A DNA stretch of 64,000 nucleotides from Octopus sinensis (taxonomy: Eukaryota). The notes under the pieces are model-generated. The model did no database searches. It was given only the letters and a program-made list of their open reading frames with translations, and had not been told where the DNA came from. This document shows positions 23,700 through 38,669 of this stretch, one piece after another. Location of the stretch: contig NC_043003.1 of assembly GCF_006345805.1 (NCBI RefSeq), positions 53,072,001 to 53,136,000 on the forward strand, read 5' to 3'. The position numbers were made by a program, and so were the translations under genes. Position 1 is the first letter of the stretch; each line of letters begins with the position of its first letter.

Positions 23700-24389
23700 T
23701 AACTAAGACTACAGAATACACCACCGATACATAGTTTTAGTAAGACTGAAACAGAGTATTGGTAGTTGACTAAAAAAGACGATTTATTCATATTTATAAG
23801 CAATACTGTCGATAGCACAAAAATTTAAAAAGTTACCTATTTTCAGTTTTTCTTGAAAGCAGAGAATCGTTAACTTATCTCAGTGTGATCATTTATTTTA
23901 ACTATTCCCTGTCAAAGGAAATATTTCTTCTCTGAACAATTACTTTCCATTTCCTTCATACCCATCCTTAACACTTAATGCAATGCAGTTTTTTCAACAG
24001 AAATTTGAATAGTCTTAATTTTATTCTCTTTCGTTTGTTATGTTCGATAATCTTAAATTGTAATCTATTGATGTTTTAGAAATCACTGTATGTACAAGCT
24101 ACGTAAAAATATCATCACATTTAACGACAGGTATTATATTTCAAGTCAATGATATGTTTTTTTTTAAATACTGTTGATTTTTAATTTTTATATTTACCAA
24201 ACATACAACCAAATTTTATAGCAGACATTGCAAGAGTGCATTGTCAAATAAATTAATGCCAATACATATTACCCCGACCCCAGAGTCAGGAAATGTATGG
24301 TTAGATCTGATGAGATTCAGACTTGTAGACAAAGACGATATTGGCTATAGACAGACAGAAACTCTACTGTACTTATTACTTCTCAATTT

Positions 24390-24513
24390 ACATGGTTCCA
24401 GGTTCAGTCTCACTGCGTGGCACCTTGGTCCATTGTCTTCTTCTATAGCCTCGGGCCGACCAAATCCTTGTGAGTGGATTTGGTAGACGGAAATTGAAAG
24501 AAGCCCGTCGCAT

Positions 24514-24581
<68 letters not shown>

Positions 24582-24782
24582 TTTGTACCCCCTCCACCGC
24601 CACCATCGCTTGACAACCGATGATGGTCTGTTTATGTCACCGAAACATAGCAGTCTGGCGAAAGACACCGTTAGAACAAGTACTAGGCTTACAATGAATA
24701 AGTCCTGAGGTCGATTTGTTCGACTAAAAGCAGTGCTCCAGCATGGTCACCGTCAAATAACATGTAAAAGAATAAAAGAATA
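24390..24782 (+). mobile_element. SINE family C with internal (GT)n
   Basis: Homology to 5206-5608. Confidence 0.85.
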
Positions 24783-26676
24783 ACACAAGATTTGGGAAAT
24801 AAGTGTAAAAAGAATTGCACATAGCACTTGATAGGTATTTATTTTATTGTACCTCGAGAAATGACAGGTAAATATGACATTGGTGCTATTACAATAAAGA
24901 TAGGAGTAACTAAATATATATCTGGCACTCTACCAATACTGCCACACCACCATTATCATTTTGTCCGATGCTGATTCTACTATTTACCATTCTTTGACAT
25001 TTAATATATTTAGAATATTATTAACGTGTTGAGAAGGTTGTGTTGTGAGTGAAATGGAAGAGGGTCGAAGAAAGAAATACCTAGCAGTATATAGTTGTAT
25101 CCCCCTATGCTAAGAATTCATAGGGTTTTATGAAATAATATGAGCGTAATTCCTATAAATTTGCGACTGGTATTAAAAAGGGGAAATCAATAATTGAGGG
25201 AGAAGAAAAATAAGCAAAACATATGGAATATGATATAATATCTAATGAAAGAAAGAAATATGTATTTAAAATGTTGGAAAATTTTCGATGGATCTTGAAT
25301 TCTAACCACGAATATCATAAAAAAATTAACATCTTTCTATTACTTTGGCTCATTCAATAAAGATCAATTAGATATAAATTTCTTTCCTCGAGACCAAATT
25401 ATTATAACTGATATTTTTGAGCTAATATTCAATCAATAAGAATTTTCCAAAAAGGGATTTGAAAGACGTTTTATGAAATATTAGAAACTTTGAGAGATGG
25501 AAAGAATAAAATGCAACAAATAACTCAAATATGATTGAGAAAGAAAACTAAAATATTAAAATCGAAGAATTAATTGATATCCATGGATTTCAAAAGTGTA
25601 AAGATGTTTCAATTTGGTTTACTGGGAACATACACCTGCAGCAAAACACTGCTATTTTTTAAATTTTTATTTGTATTTAGATATAGAAACGCAAGTATAT
25701 GGGAATGGAGTGTTATTTGAGGATGTTCATGCCTTTCTCAAATCCAATTTCTGTTTAAATGAAAGGAAATTCTTTTAAGCAAGAATCAAAACCAGAAGCA
25801 GAGTAGTCTACATCTTGAAGACCAAATACAACTTAGCAGGGGAAACAACTCTAAATCTATCTGTTATAATTGCTCGCTGACCAGACAATAATGTCAGTAA
25901 TCCGTTTATAAATCAATATATCTATTACTCACCCAGCTTCACTTCTCTCAGTTAAGCAGCTCTAGTTTTAGACATTATCTAATGAATTATATCGCTAGTG
26001 AGTTGGTTATCAAAAGCAGAAGTCTTAATTACATCATTCACGCTTTATAATAATATCGCAGTTATACAAATAAGAATAATGCAAGCAATCAAAATATTAA
26101 AAAATTTCGGTCTTCAGAATTTTATTGAATAATTTATTCAGAAAAGCTGGCATCGTAACTGTTGCAGGAAATTAATTAGTCAATCATTTGAACTCATTAA
26201 TAACGAAAGAGAATAATTATTAATTTAATAAAAACATTTTGTTATTAAATTTGAATTATTCCTTGTTACATATATTTATTTATTTTTTCCTATAATAATT
26301 ATACGCCTTCTTATTCTATATTTAAATTATTTCAATGAATTTGTATTCTATATTATCTTTCGGTTATATGCGAAATTCTTCGTCTAAAATTTTCGTCGAA
26401 TATTTTTTTGATTTTTCCACTTCTTTGCTTCATTCACTTATATTTTATTTCACACACATGTTATTTACGAAATTCAAATATAAAACATAAAAAGTGATTT
26501 GATAAAACATATAAAGTTTTGCTGAGTATATATAGCCCAATTCGATTAATACAGATATATTCCATATTACATTTTCCAACGTTTTGCTTACATCAGAGAA
26601 AAAAAAAATCAACTAAATAAATTCTTTTTAAAAAAATTCATTTAATCTTACATAAATAAAATTAAAATTTGAGTTA

Positions 26677-26848
26677 GACGCAGGCGTGGTTGTGTGGTAA
26701 GAAACTTGCTTCCTAAGCACATGGTTTCGGATTCAGTCACACTGCATGGCACCTTGGGCAACTGTCTTTGACTATAGCTTCAGGCTGATCAAAGCCTTGT
26801 GAGTGGATTTGATAGACGGAAACCGAAAGAAGTGGATTTGATAGGCGG

Positions 26849-26884
<36 letters not shown>

Positions 26885-27098
26885 GTTTGTGTCTCTGTGT
26901 TTGTCTCCGACCCCATCATCACATGACAACCGATATTGATATGTTTACATACCTGTAACTTAGTGGTTCGGCAAAAGATCCCGATAGCATAAGTACTAGA
27001 CTTCCAAGGAATAAGTCCCGGGGTCGATTTGTTCGACTAAAGGTGGTGTTCCAGCATGGCCGCAGGCAAATGAGTGAAACAAGTAAAAGAATTAAAGA
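26677..27098 (+). mobile_element. SINE family C, full length
   Basis: Homology to 5206-5608; small internal duplication of AGTGGATTTGATAG(A/G)CGGAAAC. Confidence 0.9.
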
Positions 27099-27099
27099 A

Positions 27100-27135
<36 letters not shown>

Positions 27136-27209
27136 TGTATGTATGTATGTAGTATGTATGTATGTATATGTATGTAAATGTATATGTATATAGTGGCAGA
27201 GTGACAGAT

Positions 27210-27315
<106 letters not shown>

Positions 27316-27438
27316 TGCGTTTATGTATGTATATGTGCATTATACATACACACATGTGTCTATAGATACATAGTTACAGATATAACAATACACACACAGA
27401 TATATATATAAGCGTACACATGTGCATACACACGCACG

Positions 27439-27475
<37 letters not shown>

Positions 27476-28364
27476 TCATGAACATTACAATATATGTTTT
27501 ATAGAAATTATAACAAGTGTATTTTCCTAAAAACGCAAATTTCCATAAACTCAAAAGTAGCTGATGTAAGTTCTCGACATAATTCGATCAGTTGTACGTT
27601 TACTACACGTCCAAACTAAATTGGTTCTCTGTTGTCTAATAATATATGCCTTCTCAAATATATACAATTTATTTTCGAGAAGAATGGATCAGTAATCTAC
27701 TCTTAGGTTTCAATGATCAGTGTCTGTCGTGTTCGAAAATAGAGCAATGCATTCAAACCTTGTAATAATATTCCTTGATGAAATTGAAATGACTAACTAC
27801 AGCTTATTATGATAGCTGTTACCGTGTGAATAAACTACGTGTAGATTTCAGCAATGATCAGCTTCCTTATTGTTTAGCACTCCAGTAATGCGTTAGTATG
27901 CATTTCATTCACTTGGCATGAAGATAAGGTTTAATGCATTGCTCCAGACAATTCACTACGTCAGTAATGAGATAAGGGCGACATCTAATGTCAAACAGGC
28001 TGAGTCTTCAGCTATATAGTTAACATTATTCTTTTAACATAATTTGAAGTTCTGCTAACGCACCTATTCCATTCCAAAGTAAGTTCTATTACAACAACTA
28101 TTCTATTCTTTTCCTATTGAAGACAAGTTGCATACGCATGTGAAGGTATATATTATTTTCTTTAAATATCTTCAGATTAAAAGGTTTTCTTTTTTCAAAA
28201 GAAATACTGTACACTTGATTTTCTTTAAACTTATTCTAATAACGTGTCATTCTTAGTAGCCTATGCCCTTTGACTGTTACATCGCTAATTATTGACCTTT
28301 TATTTTCATCTTTAAAGTTAATTAATACGTAATGAATAAATTGGTGTTTAATACATGCATCACA

Positions 28365-28762
28365 CGGCGAGCTGGCAGAATTGTTAGCACGCAGGGCGAA
28401 ATGCGTAGCCTTATTTCGTCTGCCGTTACGTTCTGAGTTCAAATTCCGCCGAGGTTGATTTTGCCTTTCATCCTTTCGAGGTCGATAAATTAAGTACCAG
28501 TTACGCACAGGGGTTGATATAATCGACTTAATCCGTTTGTCTGTCCTTATTTGTCCTCTCTGTGTTTAGCCCCCTATGGGTAGTACAGAAATAGGTATTT
28601 CGTCTGTCTTTGTGTTCTGAGTTCAAATTCCGCCGAGGTCGACTTTGCTTTTCATCCTTTCGGGGTCGATAAATTAAGTACCAGTTGCGTACTGGAGTCA
28701 ACCTACTCGACTGGTCCCCTTCCTCAAAATTCCGGGCTTGTGCCTAGAGTAGAAAAGAATAT
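28365..28762 (+). mobile_element. SINE family B, two-core copy
   Basis: Homology to 16839-17242. Confidence 0.9.
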
Positions 28763-29011
28763 ATGCATCACACGCATATATAAATGCATGTGCATGTGTG
28801 TTTCTGTCGCTTTCTCTCTCTCTCTCTCTCTCCCTCTCTCTCTCCCTCTCTCTCTCCCTCTCTTATATATGTATATAGAGAGTCCGCCAAAAATATGTGC
28901 ATAAACTTCAAGAAAGATAAAAGTCTGTATAAATATTTTAATTCGGTGTTATCGCAATTCGATTAAAGATCTACTTATACAAGTTAATGTGTATACATTG
29001 TTCTGGCGGTC

Positions 29012-29044
<33 letters not shown>

Positions 29045-29107
29045 TTTGTGTGTGTGCGTGTGTGTGCGCGTGCGTAAGTGTATGCACACACAAACACACA
29101 CACACAC

Positions 29108-29147
<40 letters not shown>

Positions 29148-29897
29148 TTTTGTATCTGGTTTGCAAGATTCTTTATGTGAATTCGTGTGTTGAAACAAAT
29201 TTTGTGTGCCCCCGGGGAGAGTCATACTGCCTCAATGCCTTAATATCTAAACCACTCACCGATTCATTTTCCACTCATTTATTATTCATACATTTTTTCC
29301 CAAAATTTCCGTTGATTTTGCAGCCTTGTCAATGGATGTTAATTTTGTCCGTTATCGGTGCCGCGTTCCTTTTGTGCGCATGTGTGTGTGCTTGTATTTG
29401 CATATATGTATGTATGCATGCATGTATGTGTACTATAGGTACACGGACGGGATACTGATTACACTTTTGATGAAGGACAAGAAGCTCAATACAAGATGCC
29501 GAACGGACAAGGTACCGAAAAGACATACGAAAATTAAAATATAAATTAATCATTTTGTTCCTATAATATTACCATTTAACAGACTGAAATGTAGAAAAAA
29601 TAGGTACACAAAACTACTTTTTAAATAAGTTTCTTTACTGGATTTACAATGAAAACATACAAAAATTATATGATTGAATAGTAAACTATTTTTAATCTCG
29701 TTAAATCTTAAGTGCCAAATTGGAGATTTGGTCATTAAAATATTGAAGTAGGAATTTTCTTTTTTGTTATTATTGTGTCTGTTCGGCTTCTTAGCTTCGG
29801 CTTCTTGTCTTTCGACAAAGTGCATTCGACATCCTGTCCGCGCACGGTACTATATATATATACGTATATATATATATATGTATAATATTATTTATGC

Positions 29898-30172
29898 GCC
29901 CTTTTCAAGTCTAGCCAGGCTCATGGGCCCAGTTTCCCGGTTTCTGTGGCGTATGTGTTCCCCCCCAGCTGGACGGGACGCCAGTCCATCGTAGCGTTAC
30001 TCAAGAAATAGGAAGAAAGAGTGAAAGTTGGGGCGAAAGAGTACAGCAGGGGTCGCCACCACCCCCTACCGGATCCTCGTGGAGCTTTAGGTGTTTTCGC
30101 TCAATAAACACCCACAACGCCCGGTCTGGGAATCGAAACCACGATCCTCCGACCACTGGGCCATTGCGCCTC
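29898..30172 (-). mobile_element. SINE family A-related copy
   Basis: Minus strand GGAGGCGCAATGGCCCAGTGG...GTTTCGATTCCCAGACCGGGCG...GAAACCGGGAAACTGGGCCCATGAGCC, related to 48184. Confidence 0.8.
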
Positions 30173-30250
30173 CACACACACAAACACACACACACACACA
30201 CACATATGAACATATGTAAATATATATAAACATATATGTATATATATATG

Positions 30251-30288
<38 letters not shown>

Positions 30289-31096
30289 TCTATATGCATA
30301 TATCTGTGTGTATGGCTGAGATTATGCATGAATACACGCACACACACACATACATACACACGCATACACACACACACACACATACATACACACACATACA
30401 CACACACCCATACACTAAATATATACAAAAATAATGTGATATGATATATTTCTGTTAATGAAAATTTATAATCATTTAACTTATGTTATCAAATATATAC
30501 AAATTCACTGAATTGAATCGACCGAATGAACACTACCAAAAATGGCATTGTCAACAGCGATGTAGAAGCAGGCATTAATAACTGCAAATCAGGCTACAAA
30601 AACAAAAATTTTCCCATGGACAACAACTTATCTGAAACTCAAATCATCATTGAACGAACTATTGAATATCAATATCTTTTTAGCGCCTTAAAAGTGATTA
30701 GGGATGCTATGTTACAAGAGGTACAAAACATCAAACTGAAACACAGGCAATTTTATTGTAAATATAAGAGTTTTTCCTTAGTTTATGATAAAACAGAAGA
30801 TTACCTAATAAGTGCTGAGTAAACGTGTATAAAATTTGAAATCCCCATTCGCATACCTCAGCAATTGCATTCTGACTCGTTCAAAGCTACGCTCAGTTCT
30901 CTGAATCTTAACAAGAATCATAGTTCTCGTGAATGAAGAGATACAATTAATTCGAAACATTTGTGCCTCAACGTCCCCCTACCTTGCTGCGTCGTGTGTG
31001 TTGTCAATACACGCCGTCTCAAAGAAGTTGCTCTCCAAAGATGAAGTGCTAAAACGATTAACATATTTCCGTTCATTTATACCAGATCGTGAAATG

Positions 31097-31140
<44 letters not shown>

Positions 31141-32743
31141 TTGCTTTGGTTCTAGCTATCTTCCGTGTTCAATATAATCTATTATTTGTACGTTTTGTTT
31201 TCTCGTTAAATCTTAGCACCTGACAAGCAGCCCGTAAAAATATTTAACACCAGAAATTCATTAAAACGGCACATATATGTGATTATGTGTGTGCTGTCGC
31301 TCTACTTGACATTGAGAGCTTGTGTATACTATTTTATATGCACAGAATATAAATAAATAACGCACACATCAATTTGTTTATTTGTTTCAAAGTTTCATCG
31401 TTCTAATGCCAATATGTTCCTTTATAAAATTACTACTTTTATGTGTTTTCTTTCAAGATTGCTTTATTCTTGTTTATTACATTCTATAATTACAGGTGTA
31501 AAAATTACCATACTGTTTAGCTAGAGGTTAGCCCTAGTCAAGCAGACCTATGATCAGAGGTGTTCTAGCCTTGCCCATCACATTTTCTTTGTATGTCAAT
31601 ATTTGACATATTGTTCAAGACGGAGGTGTGAAATTTGAGATTTAAGACGGAGGTGTGAGACTGACTGTTGTTTCTAGACGTGTATATTCTTAAATTCTAT
31701 ATAACGAAAACGTAATTGACTCTTTTCATATTTAAGTCTAACAAATTTAGTAAACTTAAATACATTTTTTCTTTAATTCTCTTAACAGAACGGTTAGTTT
31801 TAGAATAGGTAATTAATATTTAATGTTTGACTTATCTTTAATAGTTCCTCAATAGTTGCCTGTAGTTCAACAGTTAATCTCTTGATATATTTGTAGCTAA
31901 TATAACCAGCTGAAGCTACAGATGAAACATAAGGGAGTGCACATGAAATTGTGACGTTTGTGCATTAAAAAAAAATATATGTATAACATATTCTACTCGT
32001 CAATGTTTTCAATCAAAGTACAATAAGTTCATTATACCCTATATAACAAGAGAATATATCTTATATCAATCCCGTCCAGCGTTGTCAATGGCACGGTCTA
32101 ATGTGGCTAATATAGGATGCACTGTTGCATATTAATTCAGAACCAACAATCTATATATCTTGCTGAATGATTCTGTAACCTGTCGTACTATAAGATCATT
32201 CGGATATGCTGACATCCATTGGGACTTGTGATCGATCTGTCATGTTTCTCTAGTTGGTAGAGAATAACATCAACGTTGCGTTTCGATGAGGTTATTCCAA
32301 AGATTGGCAAAACCAAACTGACTCTTCTGAAGTGGTTTGCACACAACACAAACAATAGACAAGAGTGCTTGGTTTCGATATCAACTTTTAAATAAGGATA
32401 TAAGCTACCGAAAACACGAAACAAATTACTGAACATGGTTGTAAGTTAACATTGGCTATATATATATATATATACATATATATATACATATCTGCATGCA
32501 TATATGTATATACATGCGTATGAAATTTAGAAAATTCAAGAACGTGAAATGATTCTTTTTGAGGACAATATGAATATTGAGTTAAAAATCCCTTTAGATG
32601 GTAAAAGTCAAAGCCTTCGAGATTTATTCTGTTCGAAAGGACTTTTTAAACCCAATATTTACACGCTATTATTTATAGCTTTATCTGCTTCGAGATTCAC
32701 CGTCCCAAAATAAAAACACGCACACACACGCGCATATATGTAT

Positions 32744-32789
<46 letters not shown>

Positions 32790-33361
32790 TATATATATTA
32801 CATATATATAAAGAGAGAGAGACAGAGAGGGGTGGGGGTAGTTAGATAACCAAAATTAAGTAGAGGACATGTAGTTACATGAAGTACAAAATACAAATTA
32901 CAAATTACAATTTTTCTTTTTCTTTATTTTGCAATCTGTATTTTGTGAGCCTTATAAGTATAAGTCTCAAGCTTCACTGTGCTCATCTACCTTACTACAC
33001 CCATAACAACTCAATAAGGGTTGCTCGTATAGGTGACTTTCGATGCCGAGGCGTCGGCCCTTGGTGAAGAAATTGGTGTTTAAGTCCCATCCGCTGGCGC
33101 ACTACTCTATGCTGTCTATATTGAATTTACTTTGCTTTCATCCCCCCCTCTCTCTCTCTCTCTCTCTCTCCCACGTACACGCGCCTGCACAAAGACACGT
33201 GTATACATTGATACATACATATATATGTATGCATATCTATCTATCTATATATATGTATATATATATATATATATAATATATATATATATATAATATATAT
33301 ATACATATATATATATATACTATATATATATATATACATATATATACATGTATATATATAC

Positions 33362-33394
<33 letters not shown>

Positions 33395-34029
33395 CATATA
33401 TATACATATATATACATATATATGTATATATATATGTATATACATACATGTATGTGTTGTGTGTGTGTATGTATGTATAAATATATATGTGTGTGTACAC
33501 ACAAGCGCGCGCGCACACACACACACACACAGGATAATGCCGTCCTAGAAACACTGTATGAAATGAAAGACTGGGTGGTAACAGCTGGAACGACGTCTTT
33601 GAAAAGTAACTATATTCACAGATAGGCTAATTACCACTAAACCATTGTAAAAGAGAAGAGAGGCATGAGTTTGGCATTGTAGAGATATATTGAGAATATA
33701 CAACAAAAACAAAATTGTCGAAGAGAACGGGGAAATGACATAAAAGCGTACGTTTGTATGTATGTGTGTGCCTGTGTATATGTGTGCGTGTATGTACATG
33801 TGTATACGTGTGCGTGTTAACGTACGCGCATATACACGTACACACTTTTTTTATATTACTATATCACTATAATAGATATAAGAAGCGTTTCCATTGAATT
33901 CTTTTACATTTAATGCGTGAAATGTATTATACGGTAATACGGTAAATATTATAATTGATATTCCTGTTTATATCTAGGTAGAACATATACGTGTGTATCT
34001 GTGTTGGGGATGGGGGAAAAAAGTGAGCT

Positions 34030-34171
34030 TGCTTACGAACCCTATTGTTCCGGGTTCAGTCCCACTGCGTGACACCTTGGGCAAGTGTTTTCTACTATAG
34101 CTTTCGGGCCGACCAAACCCTTGTGAGTGGATTTGGTCGACGGAAACTGAAAGAAGCCCGTCGTATATATA

Positions 34172-34232
<61 letters not shown>

Positions 34233-34462
34233 GGTGTGTGTGTATGTGTAAACGTTTGTGTGTCTGTGTTTGTCCCCCCCAACATCGCTTGACAACCGAT
34301 GCTGGTGTGTTTACGCCCCCGTAACTTAGCGGTTCGGCAAAAAAGACCGATAGAATAAGTACTAGGCTTACAAAGAATAAGTCTTGGGGTCAAATTGCTC
34401 GACTAAAGGCGGTGCTCCAGCATTGCCACAGTCAAATGACTGAAACAAGTAAAAGAGTAAAG
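34030..34462 (+). mobile_element. SINE family C with internal (TA)n/(TG)n
   Basis: Homology to 5206-5608. Confidence 0.9.
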
Positions 34463-34501
34463 AGTATGTGCGCTCGCGAACGTGTGCACGTGTATGCGTG
34501 T

Positions 34502-34555
<54 letters not shown>

Positions 34556-35500
34556 GAAAGAGAAAGAGAGAGAAGGAAAGACAGACAAACAGAAAGAGAG
34601 AGAGAGAGAGAGAGATACAAAAACGTGAAGATGCTCAGCACACGCTTTTGTGGCTGTTTGTCCCCAGGTCATCCCTAGCCAACGATGAAAAACACTCCAG
34701 CCGTAAGCACCCCATTTTATTCTCGGGTACATCACACACAACACCAATGATTACGAGTTTCCAGATTACTGAGAGTGATTTCAGGGACAATTAGCTGTTA
34801 TTTCTGGTAGGTCAGTTGGCGGCGTAAAAGATCCCTTATGCTATCCTTTGCTAGAAGTATGTAGAATCTGATATATGCTTATTCAGATATAACGTAATTA
34901 GATACGCCTCCACAATCCTATGATGCGTAGAGTCATTCAAAAGTCCGATTGAACGAAACCTTGGTTTAGGTTTTGACCATGTATGCAGCCGTATAGCTAC
35001 AGTTGGTGTCTCACTTAATAGGTGAATATGGTTTTGTAAGTTGTACAAATCGTCTGTCACTGTTGTTGTTGAGATTAGGTAAGTCGCAAAGGTAAAGAAA
35101 ATTGTTTCTGGAAAAATATTCAGTATAAGCAAAATCTGATTGAACCAATTGAGCAACTCTATGGTCAAATGCTTTTCAACCGTGACCATGTTGTGCTTTA
35201 CATAATGTCTTTCATCGTCGATCTTTTACTTATTTCAACCATTGGACTACGACTGCACAGGAACACGACTATGAAGGGTCCTAGTCGAAGAAATCGACTG
35301 CAATATATATTTTAAAAATCTGGTACTTATTCTATCGGTTTTTTTAAAAAACCAAACATTGCAGGGATGTAAACAAACCAACCCCGATTGAATTGTTGGG
35401 GGTGGACACACACACACACACACACACACACACGTATGCACACAGGCATATGTATGTATATGTATATATGTGTGTGTGTATATCTATATCTATATATCTA

Positions 35501-35565
<65 letters not shown>

Positions 35566-35652
35566 GTCTGTCTGTCTGTCTATCTATCTGTCTATCTATC
35601 TATCTATCTATATATCTATCTATATATCTATCTATATATATATATATAATAT

Positions 35653-35788
<136 letters not shown>

Positions 35789-35804
35789 AGGTTACGTCTA
35801 GTAA

Positions 35805-35935
35805 ATTCACTAATAAAGTACTGGTCGACTCAGGACTATAGTTGAAGACGTGTGCCAAAAGTGCCGCGTGGCGGTACTAAACACAAAATCACGCGGTTTC
35901 AAAGAGAGCTCCTTAACCAGATACCCATGCCTGCG
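35805..35935 (-). mobile_element. Diverged SINE family C head
   Basis: GGTCGACTCAGGACTATAGTTGAAGAC...CCATGCCTGCG. Confidence 0.6.
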
Positions 35936-37546
35936 GCTATCAACAATTACTTTATCAAATGTGTCCCTATTTTTTTTTTGTTTTGTTTTACTTTTTTTTA
36001 CAAAAGGATTGTTCTTTCAAGAAGAATTAGGCTGCCTATTCTAGCATGTTGGGTTACCCGCATAGAAGCCACCATGTTTGCCTTTATTTAATTTTTTTTT
36101 GTTACGATATGAAAAAGGAAATGTTGTAACGTCCCTGCCTTTCTCAAAAACTTTAACAGCGAAGAGATAAAACAACATCGGGATGCCTTTTCGTTTGGGC
36201 TCCAATTGTATAGAAAAACGGGGAAAAAAATAGAAAAAGGAAAGAAAAGAGAAGGAAAATGTTCTTTCTCTTCTGTACACTAGAACTACTTCTACTACTA
36301 TTATAAACTGCTGCTTCTGTTGCAAACTACTATTTCTTCTGTTACTGCTGCACTCAGCAGTCAACCAAATTTTTAAAAAAATTTGTTTTATTTCATTTTT
36401 TATAAAGGATGCTGACTAAGCGATGTGTATTTGTAGAGTTAATGTTATTTTGATTTAAATATGTTCTGAAAAACTATTTGGAAGAGGAATAAACGCCGCA
36501 ACATCCTGTTTTTACAATTCGCTCCGCTTTTCAATCTGAGACGCCATACCTATATAAGAAACCTCTATTTAAATGATCAAATACGAGCTGTCTAAATAAT
36601 AGTTGTATTCTTAGCAGTACTTCTTAACGACTGTTACTAATCTATTATTGCTTCTGTTGCCTCACCCTTCATGCTTCTTTCACCTTCTGATAAAAAAACA
36701 TTGCCGCCCACCTGCAGCTGACACGTGTTTAGCAAGTGGGGCTGGGTAGAGGAAAACTTTACCTTTGCTGGTCTTTCCGGCTTAGATTACACGAATCAGA
36801 TGTAAGAGAAGAGCGAGGGAGTAAAAGCACGAACGACACCTTCAGTTGATGGCAAGCTTCTAATGACCAGTTTAGTGCTAGTCGAACTAAAAACACGTTC
36901 ATTGATTTCGCTTCTTACTATTTCTACCTCGCCTTTTCTTTCTCTTTCCTGCAAATCTCTCATTTCTGTCCATTGTCTTTATTTCGGATTCCTGCTCCAC
37001 CTTTCTTAATCAATGCTAAAGAGAATACACAACACTCTGGATCTTAATCATCTGCAGATTTCTCTTGCTATAAACCTCAAAATTTCTGTATTCCTCTCTC
37101 CATCCTTCTTCCTGACTATATGTTATCCTGTAACTAAATCAATTATTTTCTATTCACACGGCCCAGCATTCTGTTACTAATCTTTCTTCAGTATCCAATC
37201 GGCCAGTAATTATCCCAAAACAATATCACCGAATTCACTATTTCAAATAATTATGGATGTTGCCTCTATTTCTACTTCCTAGTTTCAAAGACTTGGCTTT
37301 CTGTTTGCATTTATTCCCGCCCCGTCTCTATATTTCTCTCCCACTCACACATACAAACGCACATATAAATGCAATTACAAACACATATAAAGCATTTGCA
37401 CACACTTGCACATAGACACACATATATATATGCATATATGAATGCATCTATGTATGTATGAATGAAGATAGGTGTGTATGAATATACACACACGCACACA
37501 TATATATATACATATATATATGTGTGTGTGTGTGTATGTATGTATG

Positions 37547-37584
<38 letters not shown>

Positions 37585-37702
37585 CACAGTTATACATATA
37601 TAAACATATATACATAAATGTGTACACATATGTGTATATATGCATATATATATATATATATATATATATGCAAATTTATAATCTATCTATATATTCTTTC
37701 AT

Positions 37703-38080
37703 TTTTTACTTGTTTCATTAATGCGACACCGGCCATGCTGGAGCACCGCCTTGAAGGTTTTTTTGTTGTCGAACCAATGAACCCCAGGTCTTATTTTTTA
37801 AAGCCTAGTGCTTATTCTATCAGTCTCTTAGGCTAAACTACTAAGTTACGGGCACATAAACACACCAACACCGGTTGTCAAGCAGTGATGCGGGAACTAA
37901 CACAAACACAAGGAACACACACATAAGACGGGCTTCTTTCAGTTTCCGTCTCAGCAAATCCATTCATAAGGCTTCAACCGGCTTGAGGCTATAGTAGAAT
38001 ACACTTGCCCAAGGTGCAACGCAGTGGGACTGAACCCAGAACCATATGGTTGAGAAGCGTGCTTTTTACCACACAGCCAA
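37703..38080 (-). mobile_element. SINE family C
   Basis: Homology to 8011-8412. Confidence 0.9.
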
Positions 38081-38329
38081 AACAAAATCTCATTTACGAT
38101 GGCCATATTTGAAGAAACTCAGGTTTGGAAACCATTATCATGGAAAGAAGAATGGAGTGCAGTAAATCAAGAGGAGATAAAGAAGGAATTGGTGGACAAT
38201 ATCAAGAGATGGTTGGACAAAAAGTGGTAAGGTAGTTGGAGAATTCGCGCTTAATCGGGAAGATTTTCGTTGTAATGTCGTCAAGGTGCAGCAGGCGTAC
38301 ACTACATGACTACAACATATATATACATA

Positions 38330-38665
38330 CATGCATACACACATAAATAACTACATACATACAAACATACATACATACATACATATATACATACAAACAT
38401 ACATACATACATACATACATACATACATACATACATACATGCATACATACAGACAGACAGACTAACATATATACATACATATATACATACGTACATACAT
38501 ACAAACATACATACATACATACACACATACATACATACATACATACATACATACATACATACATACAGACAGACAAACATATATACATACATATAAACAT
38601 ACGTACATACATACATACATACATACATACATACATACATACATACATACATACATACATACATA
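38330..38665. repeat. (TACA)n array
   Basis: Direct reading. Confidence 0.95.
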
Positions 38666-38669
38666 ATAG

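Noticed and set aside
26095-26120. CTGAAGA-CC-GAAA on the minus strand
   Set aside because: No helix I or III can be formed; a chance match in AT-rich DNA.
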